From the NCBI GenBank assembly GCA_963785415.1, contig CAWAVB010000001.1, positions 483,579 to 547,578 of the forward strand: DNA of 64,000 nucleotides. The letters run 5' to 3'. This stretch comes from an uncultured Acidimicrobiaceae bacterium. GTDB taxonomy: Bacteria; Actinomycetota; Acidimicrobiia; Acidimicrobiales; Bog-793. The position numbers were made by a program, and so were the translations under genes. A model generated the notes under the pieces. The model saw only the letters and a list, made by a program, of their open reading frames with translations, was not told the DNA's origin and ran no database searches. Every line of letters starts with the position of its first letter. The first letter of the stretch is position 1. Shown in pieces: positions 27,034-35,826 of this stretch.

Positions 27034-28330
27034 CGGACCCAACGCGAACCGCACGATCGACGTCCACGGCCTTGCCCGGGTCGAAGGCGAAGGGTCGCTC
27101 CACGTCGCGATCCACGACGGGGCCCTCGAACGCGTCGAGCTCGAGATCTTCGAGCCGCCGCGCTTTTTCGAGGCCTTCCTCGTCGGCCGGGGCTACGAGG
27201 AGCCGCCGGACATTACGGCGCGCATCTGCGGGATCTGCCCTGTCGCCTACCAGATGTCCGCCTGCGCGGCAATCGAGGACGCCTGCGGCGTCACGGTCCC
27301 CGAGTCGATCGGCAAGCTCCGGCGCCTTTTGTACTGCGGTGAGTGGATCCAGAGCCACGCCCTCCACATCTACCTGCTCCACGCCCCGGACTTCTTCGGC
27401 TGCCGCGACGCCGTCGAGCTCGCCGCGCTGAACCCGGCCGCCGTCGAGCGCGGCCTGCGCCTAAAAAAGACCGGCAACCACCTCATGGAACTGGTCGGTG
27501 GACGGGCGATCCACCCCGTCAACGTCCGCATCGGGGGTTTCTACCGCTCCCCCGAACGCGCCGAGATCGCCGCGATGATCGAGCCGCTCCGACGCGCCCG
27601 GGAGGAGTCGCTCGAGACGATCGCCTGGGTCGCCGGCTTCGAGTTCCCCGAGATCGAGGCGGATTACCGCTTCGTGGCGCTTTCACACCCCGACCACTAC
27701 GCGATCGAGGCGGGCCGGGTCGTGTCCTCCGACGGGATCGACGCCACCCCCGGCGAGTTCACCGACGTGGCCGTCGAGGAGCACGTCGCCCGCTCGTCGG
27801 CGCTGCACTCCCGGCTGCGCGGTCGCGACCCATACCTCACTGGCCCGCTCGCCCGCTACGCGCTCAACGGGTCGAAGCTGCCCAAAGCGGCGCGTGACGC
27901 GGCCGCCGAGGCGGGTCTCGGTCCGGTGTGCGCGAACCCGTTCAAGAGCATCATCGTGCGGGCCGTCGAGCTCTACTTCGCCTGCGACGAGGCGCTGCGG
28001 CTCGCGACCGAGTACGAACCGCCCGAGCCCGCGGCCGTCCCGGTCCCGCCCCGGGCCCGCGTCGGAGCCGGGGCGACCGAGGCCCCCCGCGGCATGCTCC
28101 TGCAGCGTTACGAGCTCGACGCCGAGGGGACGATCCAATCGGCGCGCATCATGCCCCCGACGTCGCAGAACCAGCTGACGATCGAGTCCGACGTCCGCCA
28201 GGTCGTCGCCTCCGGCCTCGAGCTCGGCGACACCGAGCTCACGGCCCGCTGTGAGCTCGCCGTGCGCAACCACGATCCGTGCATCTCGTGCGCCGCCCAC
28301 TTCCTCGACGTGTCGATCGACCGCTCATGA
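27023..28330 (+). CDS. hyhL: NiFe hydrogenase large (alpha) subunit, group 3b-like
   Basis: 435 aa. N-terminal RICGICPVAYQ and C-terminal DPCISCAAH Ni-Fe ligand cysteine pairs. Overlaps the hyhS end by 11 nt. Confidence 0.95.
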   Translation: MTPSGPNANRTIDVHGLARVEGEGSLHVAIHDGALERVELEIFEPPRFFEAFLVGRGYEEPPDITARICGICPVAYQMSACAAIEDACGVTVPESIGKLRRLLYCGEWIQSHALHIYLLHAPDFFGCRDAVELAALNPAAVERGLRLKKTGNHLMELVGGRAIHPVNVRIGGFYRSPERAEIAAMIEPLRRAREESLETIAWVAGFEFPEIEADYRFVALSHPDHYAIEAGRVVSSDGIDATPGEFTDVAVEEHVARSSALHSRLRGRDPYLTGPLARYALNGSKLPKAARDAAAEAGLGPVCANPFKSIIVRAVELYFACDEALRLATEYEPPEPAAVPVPPRARVGAGATEAPRGMLLQRYELDAEGTIQSARIMPPTSQNQLTIESDVRQVVASGLELGDTELTARCELAVRNHDPCISCAAHFLDVSIDRS

Positions 28331-28773
28331 CCACGCGTGTCGTCGTCGCCGGGATCGGCAACGCCTTCCGCCGCGACGACGGTGCCGGGCCCGCCGTCGC
28401 CCAGGTCGTTGCCGCCTCCACCGGAGCGGTCGACATCGGCCCGATCGGCGAGCCCCTCGACCTCCTCGGCCGGTGGGAGACGGCGGACCTCGCCGTCCTC
28501 GTCGACGCGACCCGCTCCGACGCCGTGGCCGGAACGGTCCGGCTCGTTGAACTCGGCGACGCCGTCGACCGGCCGAGCCAGAGCACGCACGCCATCGGCC
28601 TCGACCGCGTCGTCCGGCTCGCCCAGGTGCTGCGGAGCGCCCCGGCCCGAGTCGTCGTCGTCGGCATCGAAGGGGAGGACTTCTCCGACGGGGAAGGCCT
28701 CTCCCCCGCCGTCTCCGACGCCGTGCCCGCGGCGGCACGCCGCATCGCCGAGCTCATCGCCGAGGCGTCATGA
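28327..28773 (+). CDS. hydrogenase maturation endopeptidase (HycI/HoxW family)
   Basis: ORF 28279..28773 trimmed to ATG 28327 (ATGA overlap with the hyhL stop). VVVAGIGNAFRRDDGAG matches the GxGNxxxxDDGxG signature. Confidence 0.85.
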   Translation: MTTRVVVAGIGNAFRRDDGAGPAVAQVVAASTGAVDIGPIGEPLDLLGRWETADLAVLVDATRSDAVAGTVRLVELGDAVDRPSQSTHAIGLDRVVRLAQVLRSAPARVVVVGIEGEDFSDGEGLSPAVSDAVPAAARRIAELIAEAS

Positions 28774-28786
28774 CCGGGGGCCGCCG

Positions 28787-29038
28787 ATGTGCATGAGCCG
28801 GCTCCACCGGGTCGTCTCGGTCACCGACGCCCGCGCGGTGCTCGCCGCAGACATCGACGGGAGCGAGCACGCGCTGTCGCTGCTCGCTTACGACGGCTGT
28901 GCGCCGCAACCGGGCGACTGGGTCGTGGCGCACAGCGGCTACGCGCTCGGCCCCGCCGACCGGGCCGAGGCGGAGGCGGTGCTCGCCGAGTACCGCGCCG
29001 CCAGCGCGGCGATTGACGAGAAAAGCAGTCCGAACTAG
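28787..29038 (+). CDS. hypC: HypC/HupF-family hydrogenase assembly chaperone
   Basis: 83 aa starting MC (MCMSRLHRVVSV...), with GDWVVAHSGYALGPADRAEAEAVL resembling the GDxVLVHxGxA core. It is the last third of the alternative-frame ORF 28337..29038. Confidence 0.72.
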   Translation: MCMSRLHRVVSVTDARAVLAADIDGSEHALSLLAYDGCAPQPGDWVVAHSGYALGPADRAEAEAVLAEYRAASAAIDEKSSPN

Positions 29039-29046
29039 GAGACGAA

Positions 29047-30009
29047 GTGGCCAACTCGAACACGACAACAGGCAAGACCCGCCTTCCCGGACTGTACGTC
29101 GCCGGCGCCACGGCGATCATCAGCGGCATCTCGGTCTTCACGAACAGCTACGGCGTAAAGAGCTTCGCCTCCCCCGCCGTCTACACGACGGCGAAGAACC
29201 TCGCGGCGACGCTCGTCATCGCCGCGTTCGTCGTCGTCGCCTGGCGGGCGACCCGTCGGCCGGCCGCGGCGTCGATCCCCGTGGTCCCGTCCGGGTCGGG
29301 CCCGCGCCCGCTCGCCGGTGCCGCCCGGCTCGCCGGCTTCGCCTACGTCGCCGCGATCGGCGGCGGCGCGGCGTTCATCTTCTTTTTCGACGGGCTCGCC
29401 CGCACCTCGGCGGTGCCGGCGGTCTTCCTCCACGACACGCTCGTCATCTGGGTCGCCCTCGCCGCGCTCCCGCTCCTCGGCGAGCGCGTCGGGCGCTGGA
29501 ATCTCGCGGCGATCGCCCTGCTCGTCGTCGGTGTCACGCTGACCTCGGGCGGCGTCGGCCACCTCGCACTCAACTCGGGCAACGCCCTCGTGCTCGGCGC
29601 GACGGTGCTCTGGGCGATCGAGACGGTCATCGCCAAGCGGCTGCTCCGCGGCGTCGGGCCGTCGACGCTCGCCCTCGTGCGGATGGGCGGCGGCGCCGTC
29701 GTGCTCGTCGGCTACCTCGCGGCGACGGGCCAGTTCCACGCGCTCGTCGGGCTCGATGCCGCCGAACTGCGCTGGGCGCTCGTCACCGGCTGCCTGCTCG
29801 GCGGCTACGTGGCGACCTGGATGACCGCGCTCAGCCGGGCCCGCGCCGTCGACGTCACCTCGGTCCTCGTCGCCTCCGCGGCGGTCACGCTCTTCCTCGA
29901 CGCCGCCATCCACCACTCCGGACTCGCCTCCGACACCGTCGGGCTCGTGCTGCTCGCCCTCGGCGTCGCCGCCGTCGTGCGGGCCTGGCCCCGAGTCGCC
30001 CGCGCGTGA
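29047..30009 (+). CDS. EamA/DMT-superfamily transporter (10 predicted TM segments)
   Basis: 320 aa. Two internally similar five-helix halves, hydrophobic throughout. Starts 8 nt after the hypC stop. Confidence 0.78.
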   Translation: MANSNTTTGKTRLPGLYVAGATAIISGISVFTNSYGVKSFASPAVYTTAKNLAATLVIAAFVVVAWRATRRPAAASIPVVPSGSGPRPLAGAARLAGFAYVAAIGGGAAFIFFFDGLARTSAVPAVFLHDTLVIWVALAALPLLGERVGRWNLAAIALLVVGVTLTSGGVGHLALNSGNALVLGATVLWAIETVIAKRLLRGVGPSTLALVRMGGGAVVLVGYLAATGQFHALVGLDAAELRWALVTGCLLGGYVATWMTALSRARAVDVTSVLVASAAVTLFLDAAIHHSGLASDTVGLVLLALGVAAVVRAWPRVARA

Positions 30010-30779
30010 CCCTGGGGCCGATCCTTTTCGCCCGGTACGCCTACCCACCGAACGCCCTCGGCTATTGCGGGCCGGCGGACCACGCGGCGCTGCTCGGCGC
30101 GGCGAGCGAGGGGGATGACCTGCGGGAGCTCACGTACCTCGCCTCGCGCTTCGAGGGTGCCTGGCCCTACCTCGAGCTCATCGCGGGGTGCAACGGCGTC
30201 GCCGACCCGCTCGACGAACGCGTCGTCGAGGCCTACTGGGTCGGCAACCGTCTGCTCGACCGCGTCCCTGCCGGCGCGCTCGTCGCCTCGCTCGACGAAC
30301 GGTTCGCCCGCCGCACCGGTCGGGACTTCGAGCCGATCGCCGCGGCCGTCCCCCTCGGCGGCGTGGCGCACCACAGCTTCCACGTCTTCGCGGTCTATCC
30401 CTGGCTCGGCCTGCTGCGGTCCGGAACGGAGGGTCCGGCGCTCGCCGTCCTCGACCGGTGCCGCATCCGGTGGGGCCGTGTTGTCACGGTGGAAGGCGAC
30501 ACCGTCGTCGTGCGGAACCGGACGCTCGAATTCCGCGACGACCGGCTCGTGCTTGGCGCGGCGCGGACCGAGCGGGTCCGCCGCGCCGTCGACGGCGTCG
30601 GCATCCTCGGGGACCTGCGCGCCGGGGAGGTCGTCTCCCTCCACTGGGACTGGGTCTGCGAGCGGTTGTCGCCGGGTCGCCTCGCCGCGCTGCGGCGGGC
30701 GAACGCGCGCAACCTTGCGGTCGTGAACGCCCTCCCCGCGCCCGGCCCCGTCGTCGCGGCCAACTCCTGGGGCGGCTAG
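30006..30779 (+). CDS. uncharacterised conserved-looking protein (257 aa) at the end of the hydrogenase operon
   Basis: The last 257 codons of ORF 28899..30779, from GTG 30006 (GTGA overlap with the transporter stop). Non-biased composition. N-terminal FARYAYPPNALGYCGPADH. The C-terminal segment GRVVTVEGDTVVV...LRAGEVVSLHWDWVCERL is reminiscent of HypC-type OB folds. Confidence 0.65.
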   Translation: MTLGPILFARYAYPPNALGYCGPADHAALLGAASEGDDLRELTYLASRFEGAWPYLELIAGCNGVADPLDERVVEAYWVGNRLLDRVPAGALVASLDERFARRTGRDFEPIAAAVPLGGVAHHSFHVFAVYPWLGLLRSGTEGPALAVLDRCRIRWGRVVTVEGDTVVVRNRTLEFRDDRLVLGAARTERVRRAVDGVGILGDLRAGEVVSLHWDWVCERLSPGRLAALRRANARNLAVVNALPAPGPVVAANSWGG

Positions 30780-30815
30780 GGAGCGACGGCCCGGGTCCCC
30801 GGGGGGAAGCGAACC

Positions 30816-31577
30816 CTAGCCGGGGAAGTGTCGCCAGATCCGCCGCGGCACGAGATGGACGAGCGGCATCAGCACCCGGAGCGCCCGGGGAGCCCAGACG
30901 ACGACGACGCCCGACCCGAGCGCCCGGACCACGTCGGCGGCGACGGCGTCGGCCGTCGTCGCGAGGGGCAGCGGGCGGCGTCCCGTCGTCATCTTCGTGT
31001 GGACGAACCCGGGACGCACGACGATCACCTCGACACCGCTCCCGACGAGAGAGTCGCCGAGCCCCCGAGCGAAAGCATCGAGGCCCGCTTTGGCGGCGCC
31101 GTAGACGAAGTTCGCGCGCCGCACCCGCACCGCCGCCGCCGACGAGAAGACGACGATGCACCCGCGCCCTTGGCGGCGCAGGACCCGCGCGAAGGCGACC
31201 ATCGCCGCGGCCAGCCCGGTGAAGTTCGTCGAGATCGTCTCGGCCGTGACACCCGCCGTGAGATCGTCGGGCCCGTCGAAGCTGAGGCGCCCGGCGGCGA
31301 CGATCACGAGGTCGATCGGCCCGACCCGGCGCGCGACCTCGTCGGCGAAGGCCTCGTGTGCTCCCGCGTCGCAGGCGTCGAACGTCGCCGTCTCCACGTC
31401 GTCGACGCCGAGGGCGGTGAGCTCACGTCCGACCGCTTCGAGGGCGCTCTGGTGCCGCCCCGCCAAGAGCACCTTCGAAAGGCGCTGCTTGGCGAGTCGT
31501 CGCAGCACGGCCGCCGCGAGATCGGAGGCCCCTCCGAGGACGACCACTGTCTCGGGCATTGCGGCCACGCCGTCCAT
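30816..31577 (-). CDS. short-chain dehydrogenase/reductase (SDR) family oxidoreductase
   Basis: ORF 30816..31697 trimmed to ATG 31577, preceded by GGGGGGAG. VVVLGGASDLAAA, FSSAAA, YGAAKAGLDAF (YxxxK). Confidence 0.85.
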   Translation of the reverse strand: MDGVAAMPETVVVLGGASDLAAAVLRRLAKQRLSKVLLAGRHQSALEAVGRELTALGVDDVETATFDACDAGAHEAFADEVARRVGPIDLVIVAAGRLSFDGPDDLTAGVTAETISTNFTGLAAAMVAFARVLRRQGRGCIVVFSSAAAVRVRRANFVYGAAKAGLDAFARGLGDSLVGSGVEVIVVRPGFVHTKMTTGRRPLPLATTADAVAADVVRALGSGVVVVWAPRALRVLMPLVHLVPRRIWRHFPG

Positions 31578-31774
31578 CCCGGCTCCCCCCGATATCGATT
31601 CGAACCCGCGCCCGCGAGCAAACCCGCAGGCCGGATCATCGCGCGCCGTGGCACGCGCGGCTTGTGAATCCGTCACCTGACACGAACTCGCAACCATCGC
31701 CCTCCGGCCCGGGTCGCGCGACTTCGGATGGCGGGTCGGATGCGATCCGGCGACGGAGACGGCACAATGCCGGG

Positions 31775-32191
31775 ATGCGGCGTCTCGCCTTGCCGGCCGG
31801 GATCGGGATCGCGCTGGCGGTCGTCGGGAGCTTCACGACCGCCTTCACCACGGGCTCGGAGATCGTCACCACGGTGGCGATCGCCGCCTTCGTCGCGGCG
31901 AGCCTCGTCGCCGCGCGCTGGCGCCCCGTCGCGGGGCCGCCGCCGGAGCCCGCCGGCGGCGGGGGGACCGAGCCTCCGAAAAGGGCGCCGCCCAGGGGGC
32001 GCGGCGCCCTTGTTTGGGTCGTCGCGGGCGGAGCCGCGATCGCCTTCGAGCTCTCCAACTACTTCCTGTCACCGCGGTACGCGCACCCGACCGTCAGTTA
32101 CTTCCTCAGCACAGCCGCCGGACACCAGTGGTCGCGCGGCATCCTTTTCGCGGCCTGGCTGACCCTCGGCGGCTACCTCGTCAGCCGATGA
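31775..32191 (+). CDS. hypothetical membrane protein
   Basis: 138 aa from ATG 31775 within ORF 31559..32191. Four hydrophobic segments. No recognised motif. Confidence 0.45.
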   Translation: MRRLALPAGIGIALAVVGSFTTAFTTGSEIVTTVAIAAFVAASLVAARWRPVAGPPPEPAGGGGTEPPKRAPPRGRGALVWVVAGGAAIAFELSNYFLSPRYAHPTVSYFLSTAAGHQWSRGILFAAWLTLGGYLVSR

Positions 32192-32388
32192 GCGATCACG
32201 CCCTCACGATCGTCGCCTGGATCGCCATCGCCGCGGTGTTCGCCGGGCTCGAGATCGTCGCGCTGTCGAGCCGACGTCGTTTCGCGGGGATCGGTGGGGC
32301 GCTCAGCCGGATCGGCGGGGCGCCGGTCGGGCGCCTAGTCTTCGCGCTCGCCTGGATGTGGCTCGGCTGGCACGTCTTCGCCCGGTGA
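32188..32388 (+). CDS. hypothetical small membrane protein
   Basis: 66 aa (MSDHALTIVAWIAIAAVFAGLEIV...LVFALAWMWLGWHVFAR). ATGA overlap with the previous gene. Confidence 0.4.
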   Translation: MSDHALTIVAWIAIAAVFAGLEIVALSSRRRFAGIGGALSRIGGAPVGRLVFALAWMWLGWHVFAR

Positions 32389-33084
32389 CCAGACACCGCC
32401 GAGACCGGCGGCGAGCGCCCTTTCGAGCTCCGCGGCCGGGCATCCGGCGACCGCCGTCTCCGCCTCGAGCGATGTCTCGATCTCCTCGGCCTCCCCGGCC
32501 TCGACGGCGAGAAGCGATGCCAACCGGTGCTGTTCGGGCCGGACGAGCGCCATCGTGAAGAACCACGCCCCGGTGCGGTCGCGTCGCTGGGCGAGCCCGG
32601 TCACCTTCCGCCCGCCACGCGTCAGCTCCCCCGGCCCGATCCCCGAGAAACAGATCCGGCGCGACCACGCCGTCTCGACGAGCCCGCTCGCGTGGACGGC
32701 TAGCCCGGCGGAGCTCCCCGTCGCGGCGACGAGTGCGTCACGCCACAGCGCGCCGACGAAGGACGAAGCCCGCACGACGTCGGTGTCGAACAGCTGATCC
32801 GACACCGGCACGAAAAGATCGAGCCAGACCTGCGCGCCGGGAAAGACGACCACCGCCCCGCCACCGCTCCTCCGCTTGACGAGCTCGAGCCCGGCGCGCG
32901 CACAGCGGTCGGCGTCGAACTCGGCCGGAGCCTGCGCGCTTCCGAGCACGACGGCACCGCCGCTTGGATGGGCCAGGCAGGCGAGCCGGCGACCGGCGGG
33001 GTCGGGGGGCGTTGCGACGAGCGTCGCGGGTGGGCCGTGGCGTTCCACCAACCGCCAATCGCCGCGCCAGGCCGGCTCCGGCAC
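32335..33084 (-). CDS. lipoate/biotin protein ligase (BPL_LplA_LipB) family protein
   Basis: The C-terminal 249 aa of ORF 32335..33432, from GTG 33084. VVLGSAQ, VKRRSGGGAVVV, GRKVTGLAQRR (catalytic-Lys context). Confidence 0.7.
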   Translation of the reverse strand: MPEPAWRGDWRLVERHGPPATLVATPPDPAGRRLACLAHPSGGAVVLGSAQAPAEFDADRCARAGLELVKRRSGGGAVVVFPGAQVWLDLFVPVSDQLFDTDVVRASSFVGALWRDALVAATGSSAGLAVHASGLVETAWSRRICFSGIGPGELTRGGRKVTGLAQRRDRTGAWFFTMALVRPEQHRLASLLAVEAGEAEEIETSLEAETAVAGCPAAELERALAAGLGGVWSPGEDVPAEPHPGERED

Positions 33085-33094
33085 GCCGGCGGCG

Positions 33095-33637
33095 CTAGCC
33101 CGCGGCGCGCTCGAAAAGTGGCGCCACGTACGGCTGCCAGTCGGCGCGCAGCTCGCCGGACGCGGCGAGCAGCCAGACGCGCGACCTGGGCGCGTGCGGG
33201 GCGCGGCGGAGCGTGAACCCCGCCTCTTCGAGGAGCCGGTCCTCTTTGAGGGAATTGCAGCGTCGGCACGCCGCGACGACGTTCTCCCAGATGTGCGCCC
33301 CGCCGCGGCTGCGCGGCGTGACGTGGTCGATGTTCTCGGCCTGGCCGCCGCAGTACTGGCAACGGTGCCCGTCGCGAGCGAACACGCTGCGACGGGTGAT
33401 GGCGATGCGCGCCGTGTACGGCACCCGGACATAGTGCGCCAGGCGCACGACCGACGGCTCGGGGAACGAGACCCGCGCGGAGCGGTAGAGCCGGCCCGTT
33501 TCGTGGATGAGCTCGGCCTTCTCCTCGATCACCAGAACGAGCGCCCGGCGCGAAGACACGACGCAGATCGGCTCGTACGTCGCGTTGAGAACGAGGGACC
33601 TCCCGTCCACGTCAGGCCCGATCGTCCCCGAAAACAT
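33095..33637 (-). CDS. HNH endonuclease family protein
   Basis: 180 aa with DGHRCQYCGGQAENIDHVTPRSRGGAHIWENVVAACRRCN (HNH/Zn-finger core). Confidence 0.85.
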   Translation of the reverse strand: MFSGTIGPDVDGRSLVLNATYEPICVVSSRRALVLVIEEKAELIHETGRLYRSARVSFPEPSVVRLAHYVRVPYTARIAITRRSVFARDGHRCQYCGGQAENIDHVTPRSRGGAHIWENVVAACRRCNSLKEDRLLEEAGFTLRRAPHAPRSRVWLLAASGELRADWQPYVAPLFERAAG

Positions 33638-33661
33638 TGCGCGCCGGCATCTGCGGCGAGG

Positions 33662-33970
33662 CTAGCGCGCCACCCGTCTGCGTGAGCGCCTTGTCCCTTG
33701 CAGCACGCGCATCTGGCGGGCCCATTCGAGATAATCGGCGAGATCCTCCGCCGAGGGGACCGCGGTCGCGGTTCCGTAGGCGACCTCCATGCGGAACGCG
33801 ATCCAGGCCGGGTCCGGCAGCGGGAGGAACGGGCGGTGGCGCCACCAGCGCCGCCGAACGAGGCTCAGCCCGAGCCGCGCCGCGGCGGGAACGAGTCGCG
33901 GCCGACGGACGACGACCGCGGCCATGGAACGGAACTGTGCCGCAAGGGCCGCCCGATCGGCCCGGTCCAC
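33662..33970 (-). CDS. hypothetical protein
   Basis: 102-aa ORF with non-shadow-like composition in its second half (PDPAWIAFRMEVAYGTATAVPSAEDLADYLEWARQMRVL). No motif recognised. Confidence 0.45.
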   Translation of the reverse strand: MDRADRAALAAQFRSMAAVVVRRPRLVPAAARLGLSLVRRRWWRHRPFLPLPDPAWIAFRMEVAYGTATAVPSAEDLADYLEWARQMRVLQGTRRSRRRVAR

Positions 33971-33975
33971 AGCGC

Positions 33976-34347
33976 TCAGCGCTCGCGACCGAATCGTGAC
34001 CGCAGGCGCCGACCGATCATCGACAGCTCCTCAGAAAGCACACGCGGCCTCGCTTGGCGGCCCGACGCGTCGGGGCGCCCGAAGACCTGATGGGCGCTGC
34101 GCTCGAAGAGCAGCGCCGCCATGAGCATGACGAGGAACCCGAAGGTCCCGATCAGCGTGGACGAGCGGAACGAGACGAGGAGCACGGCGAACCCGATGAG
34201 GAAGATCACCGCCGACCACCACATCGAACGGCCGGCGAGCGAGCGGGAGGGCTTCGTCCGGACGCGGCTCGCGAAGCCGCGGTCGTGCTCGAACAGCTTC
34301 TGTTCCATCTCGTGGAGAATGCGCTGCTCGTCTTCCGAAAGCGGCAC
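33976..34347 (-). CDS. DUF3040-like membrane protein
   Basis: ORF 33976..34731 trimmed to GTG 34347, preceded by GGGGGAGAAG. N-terminal PLSEDEQRILHEMEQKLFEHDRGFA followed by two TM segments. Confidence 0.68.
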   Translation of the reverse strand: MPLSEDEQRILHEMEQKLFEHDRGFASRVRTKPSRSLAGRSMWWSAVIFLIGFAVLLVSFRSSTLIGTFGFLVMLMAALLFERSAHQVFGRPDASGRQARPRVLSEELSMIGRRLRSRFGRER

Positions 34348-34492
34348 CTTCTCCCCCTTCTCTCCGCGGCGGCCAGCTGGCGCTGACCGGACCACGGCGG
34401 CTTCGTCCGTCTGCCACGCTAATCCCCCGGCAACTCCCCGCCGCGCGCGACCCGCTCCCGAGTCTGCCCGCGGTGAACCGCTCGATCGCTCC

Positions 34493-35812
34493 CTAGTGCC
34501 GTTTCCGGCCAGGTCGGCCGCCGCGCCGCGCCGTCCGGCGCCCGGCCGCCGCCGCCGAGGTGATGGCGTCTGGCCCGAAGCGGCGCCGGATCTCGTCCGC
34601 CGCCACCTCGACCTCGTCGCCCCGGCCGGCGGGCGTCGGGAGGTCCCGGCCGGCGGCGGCGTCGGCGAACAGGCCGAGCTGCACGGCGTGCTCGAGGTTC
34701 GACTCGCCGAGGTTCGACACCGACACGCCAAGGAGGCGCACCCCGCGGCCGGCGTCGACCGCCTCGAGCAACGCCGTCGCCACCTCGGCGATCTCGGCGG
34801 CCGAGGTCACCGGGCGGTCGAGCGATCGGGAACGGTCGATCGTCTCGAAATCGCCGAACCGCACCTTCACCGACACCGTCCTCGCCGCGACGCCCCGGGC
34901 CCGACAGCGCGCCGCGACCGAGACGGCGAGTTCGCGGGCCTTGCTGGCGAGCGACGCCGGGTCGTGGTCGTCGACGTCGAACGTCTGCTCGTGGCCGATC
35001 GAGCGCAGGACGCGGTCGGTCACCACGCGCCGGTCGTCCCGCCCGGCCGCGAGGTCGAACAGCGCCGCGCCGTGCGCCTCCCCGAACATCGCGACCAGTC
35101 GCTGGCGCCCGACAAGAGCGAGGTCCCCGACCGTCGTCACGCCGATGCGGCGCAGGCGTTCCGCCGTGGCGGGCCCGATCCCGGGAACGGCCCGGACGGG
35201 GTGGGCGTGGAGGAAGGAGAGCTCGTCGGCGGGGACGACGAGGACGACGCCGGCGCCCGGGTCGAATCCACCGGGCCGGACGCGGGGTTTCGCCGCTTTC
35301 GAGGCGAGCTTGGCGACGAGCTTGGTCCGGCCGATCCCGATCGCGCAGGCGAGCGCGAGCTCGTCGAGCACGCGTCGCCGCAGGTCCGTCGCGATCGTCC
35401 AGCTGTCACCGAACAGCTGGTGCGCCCCGGACACGTCGAGGAATGCCTCGTCGATCGAGATCGGCTCGACGATCGGCGTGACCTCGTGGCAGAGCCCGAC
35501 GAGGCGGGCGCTCACCTTCTCGTAGTCCTCGTGGTGCCCGGCGACGACGACGAGACCCGGGCAGCGCCGGCGCGCCTCGGCGATCGGCATCGCCGAGCGC
35601 ACGCCGAAGACCCGCGCCTCGTAGGACGCCGAGGACACGACCGAGCGGGGCCCGGAGCCCCCGACGACGACCGGACGGCCGACGAGCGACGGGTCGGCGC
35701 GGACTTCGACCGCGGCGAAGAACGAGTCCATGTCGAGGTGCAGCACGTCGGTCGCGTCGACTCCCGCACCGAGCCGCACCGACGCGGCGCCGGGTCGAGG
35801 GACTTCTGGCAC
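34493..35812 (-). CDS. dinB: DNA polymerase IV (Y-family)
   Basis: 439 aa with LHLDMDSFFAAVE, SIDEAFLDV, GIGRTKLVAKLAS, VPGIGPATAERL. Confidence 0.93.
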   Translation of the reverse strand: MPEVPRPGAASVRLGAGVDATDVLHLDMDSFFAAVEVRADPSLVGRPVVVGGSGPRSVVSSASYEARVFGVRSAMPIAEARRRCPGLVVVAGHHEDYEKVSARLVGLCHEVTPIVEPISIDEAFLDVSGAHQLFGDSWTIATDLRRRVLDELALACAIGIGRTKLVAKLASKAAKPRVRPGGFDPGAGVVLVVPADELSFLHAHPVRAVPGIGPATAERLRRIGVTTVGDLALVGRQRLVAMFGEAHGAALFDLAAGRDDRRVVTDRVLRSIGHEQTFDVDDHDPASLASKARELAVSVAARCRARGVAARTVSVKVRFGDFETIDRSRSLDRPVTSAAEIAEVATALLEAVDAGRGVRLLGVSVSNLGESNLEHAVQLGLFADAAAGRDLPTPAGRGDEVEVAADEIRRRFGPDAITSAAAAGRRTARRGGRPGRKRH

Positions 35813-35826
35813 GGGCGGGCTCTCGG

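Noticed and set aside
28337-29038. 233-aa ORF spanning the endopeptidase gene and hypC in an alternative frame.
   Set aside because: Only its last 83 codons (from the MC start at 28787) look like a real protein (HypC). The upstream part is a Ser/Pro/Arg-rich out-of-frame reading of the endopeptidase gene.
31559-33100. The small membrane protein pair plus the lipoate-ligase-family gene as a possible novel module.
   Set aside because: The membrane proteins have no recognisable motifs and weak start-site support. They converge on the ligase gene rather than being co-oriented with it, and nothing in the sequence links their functions.
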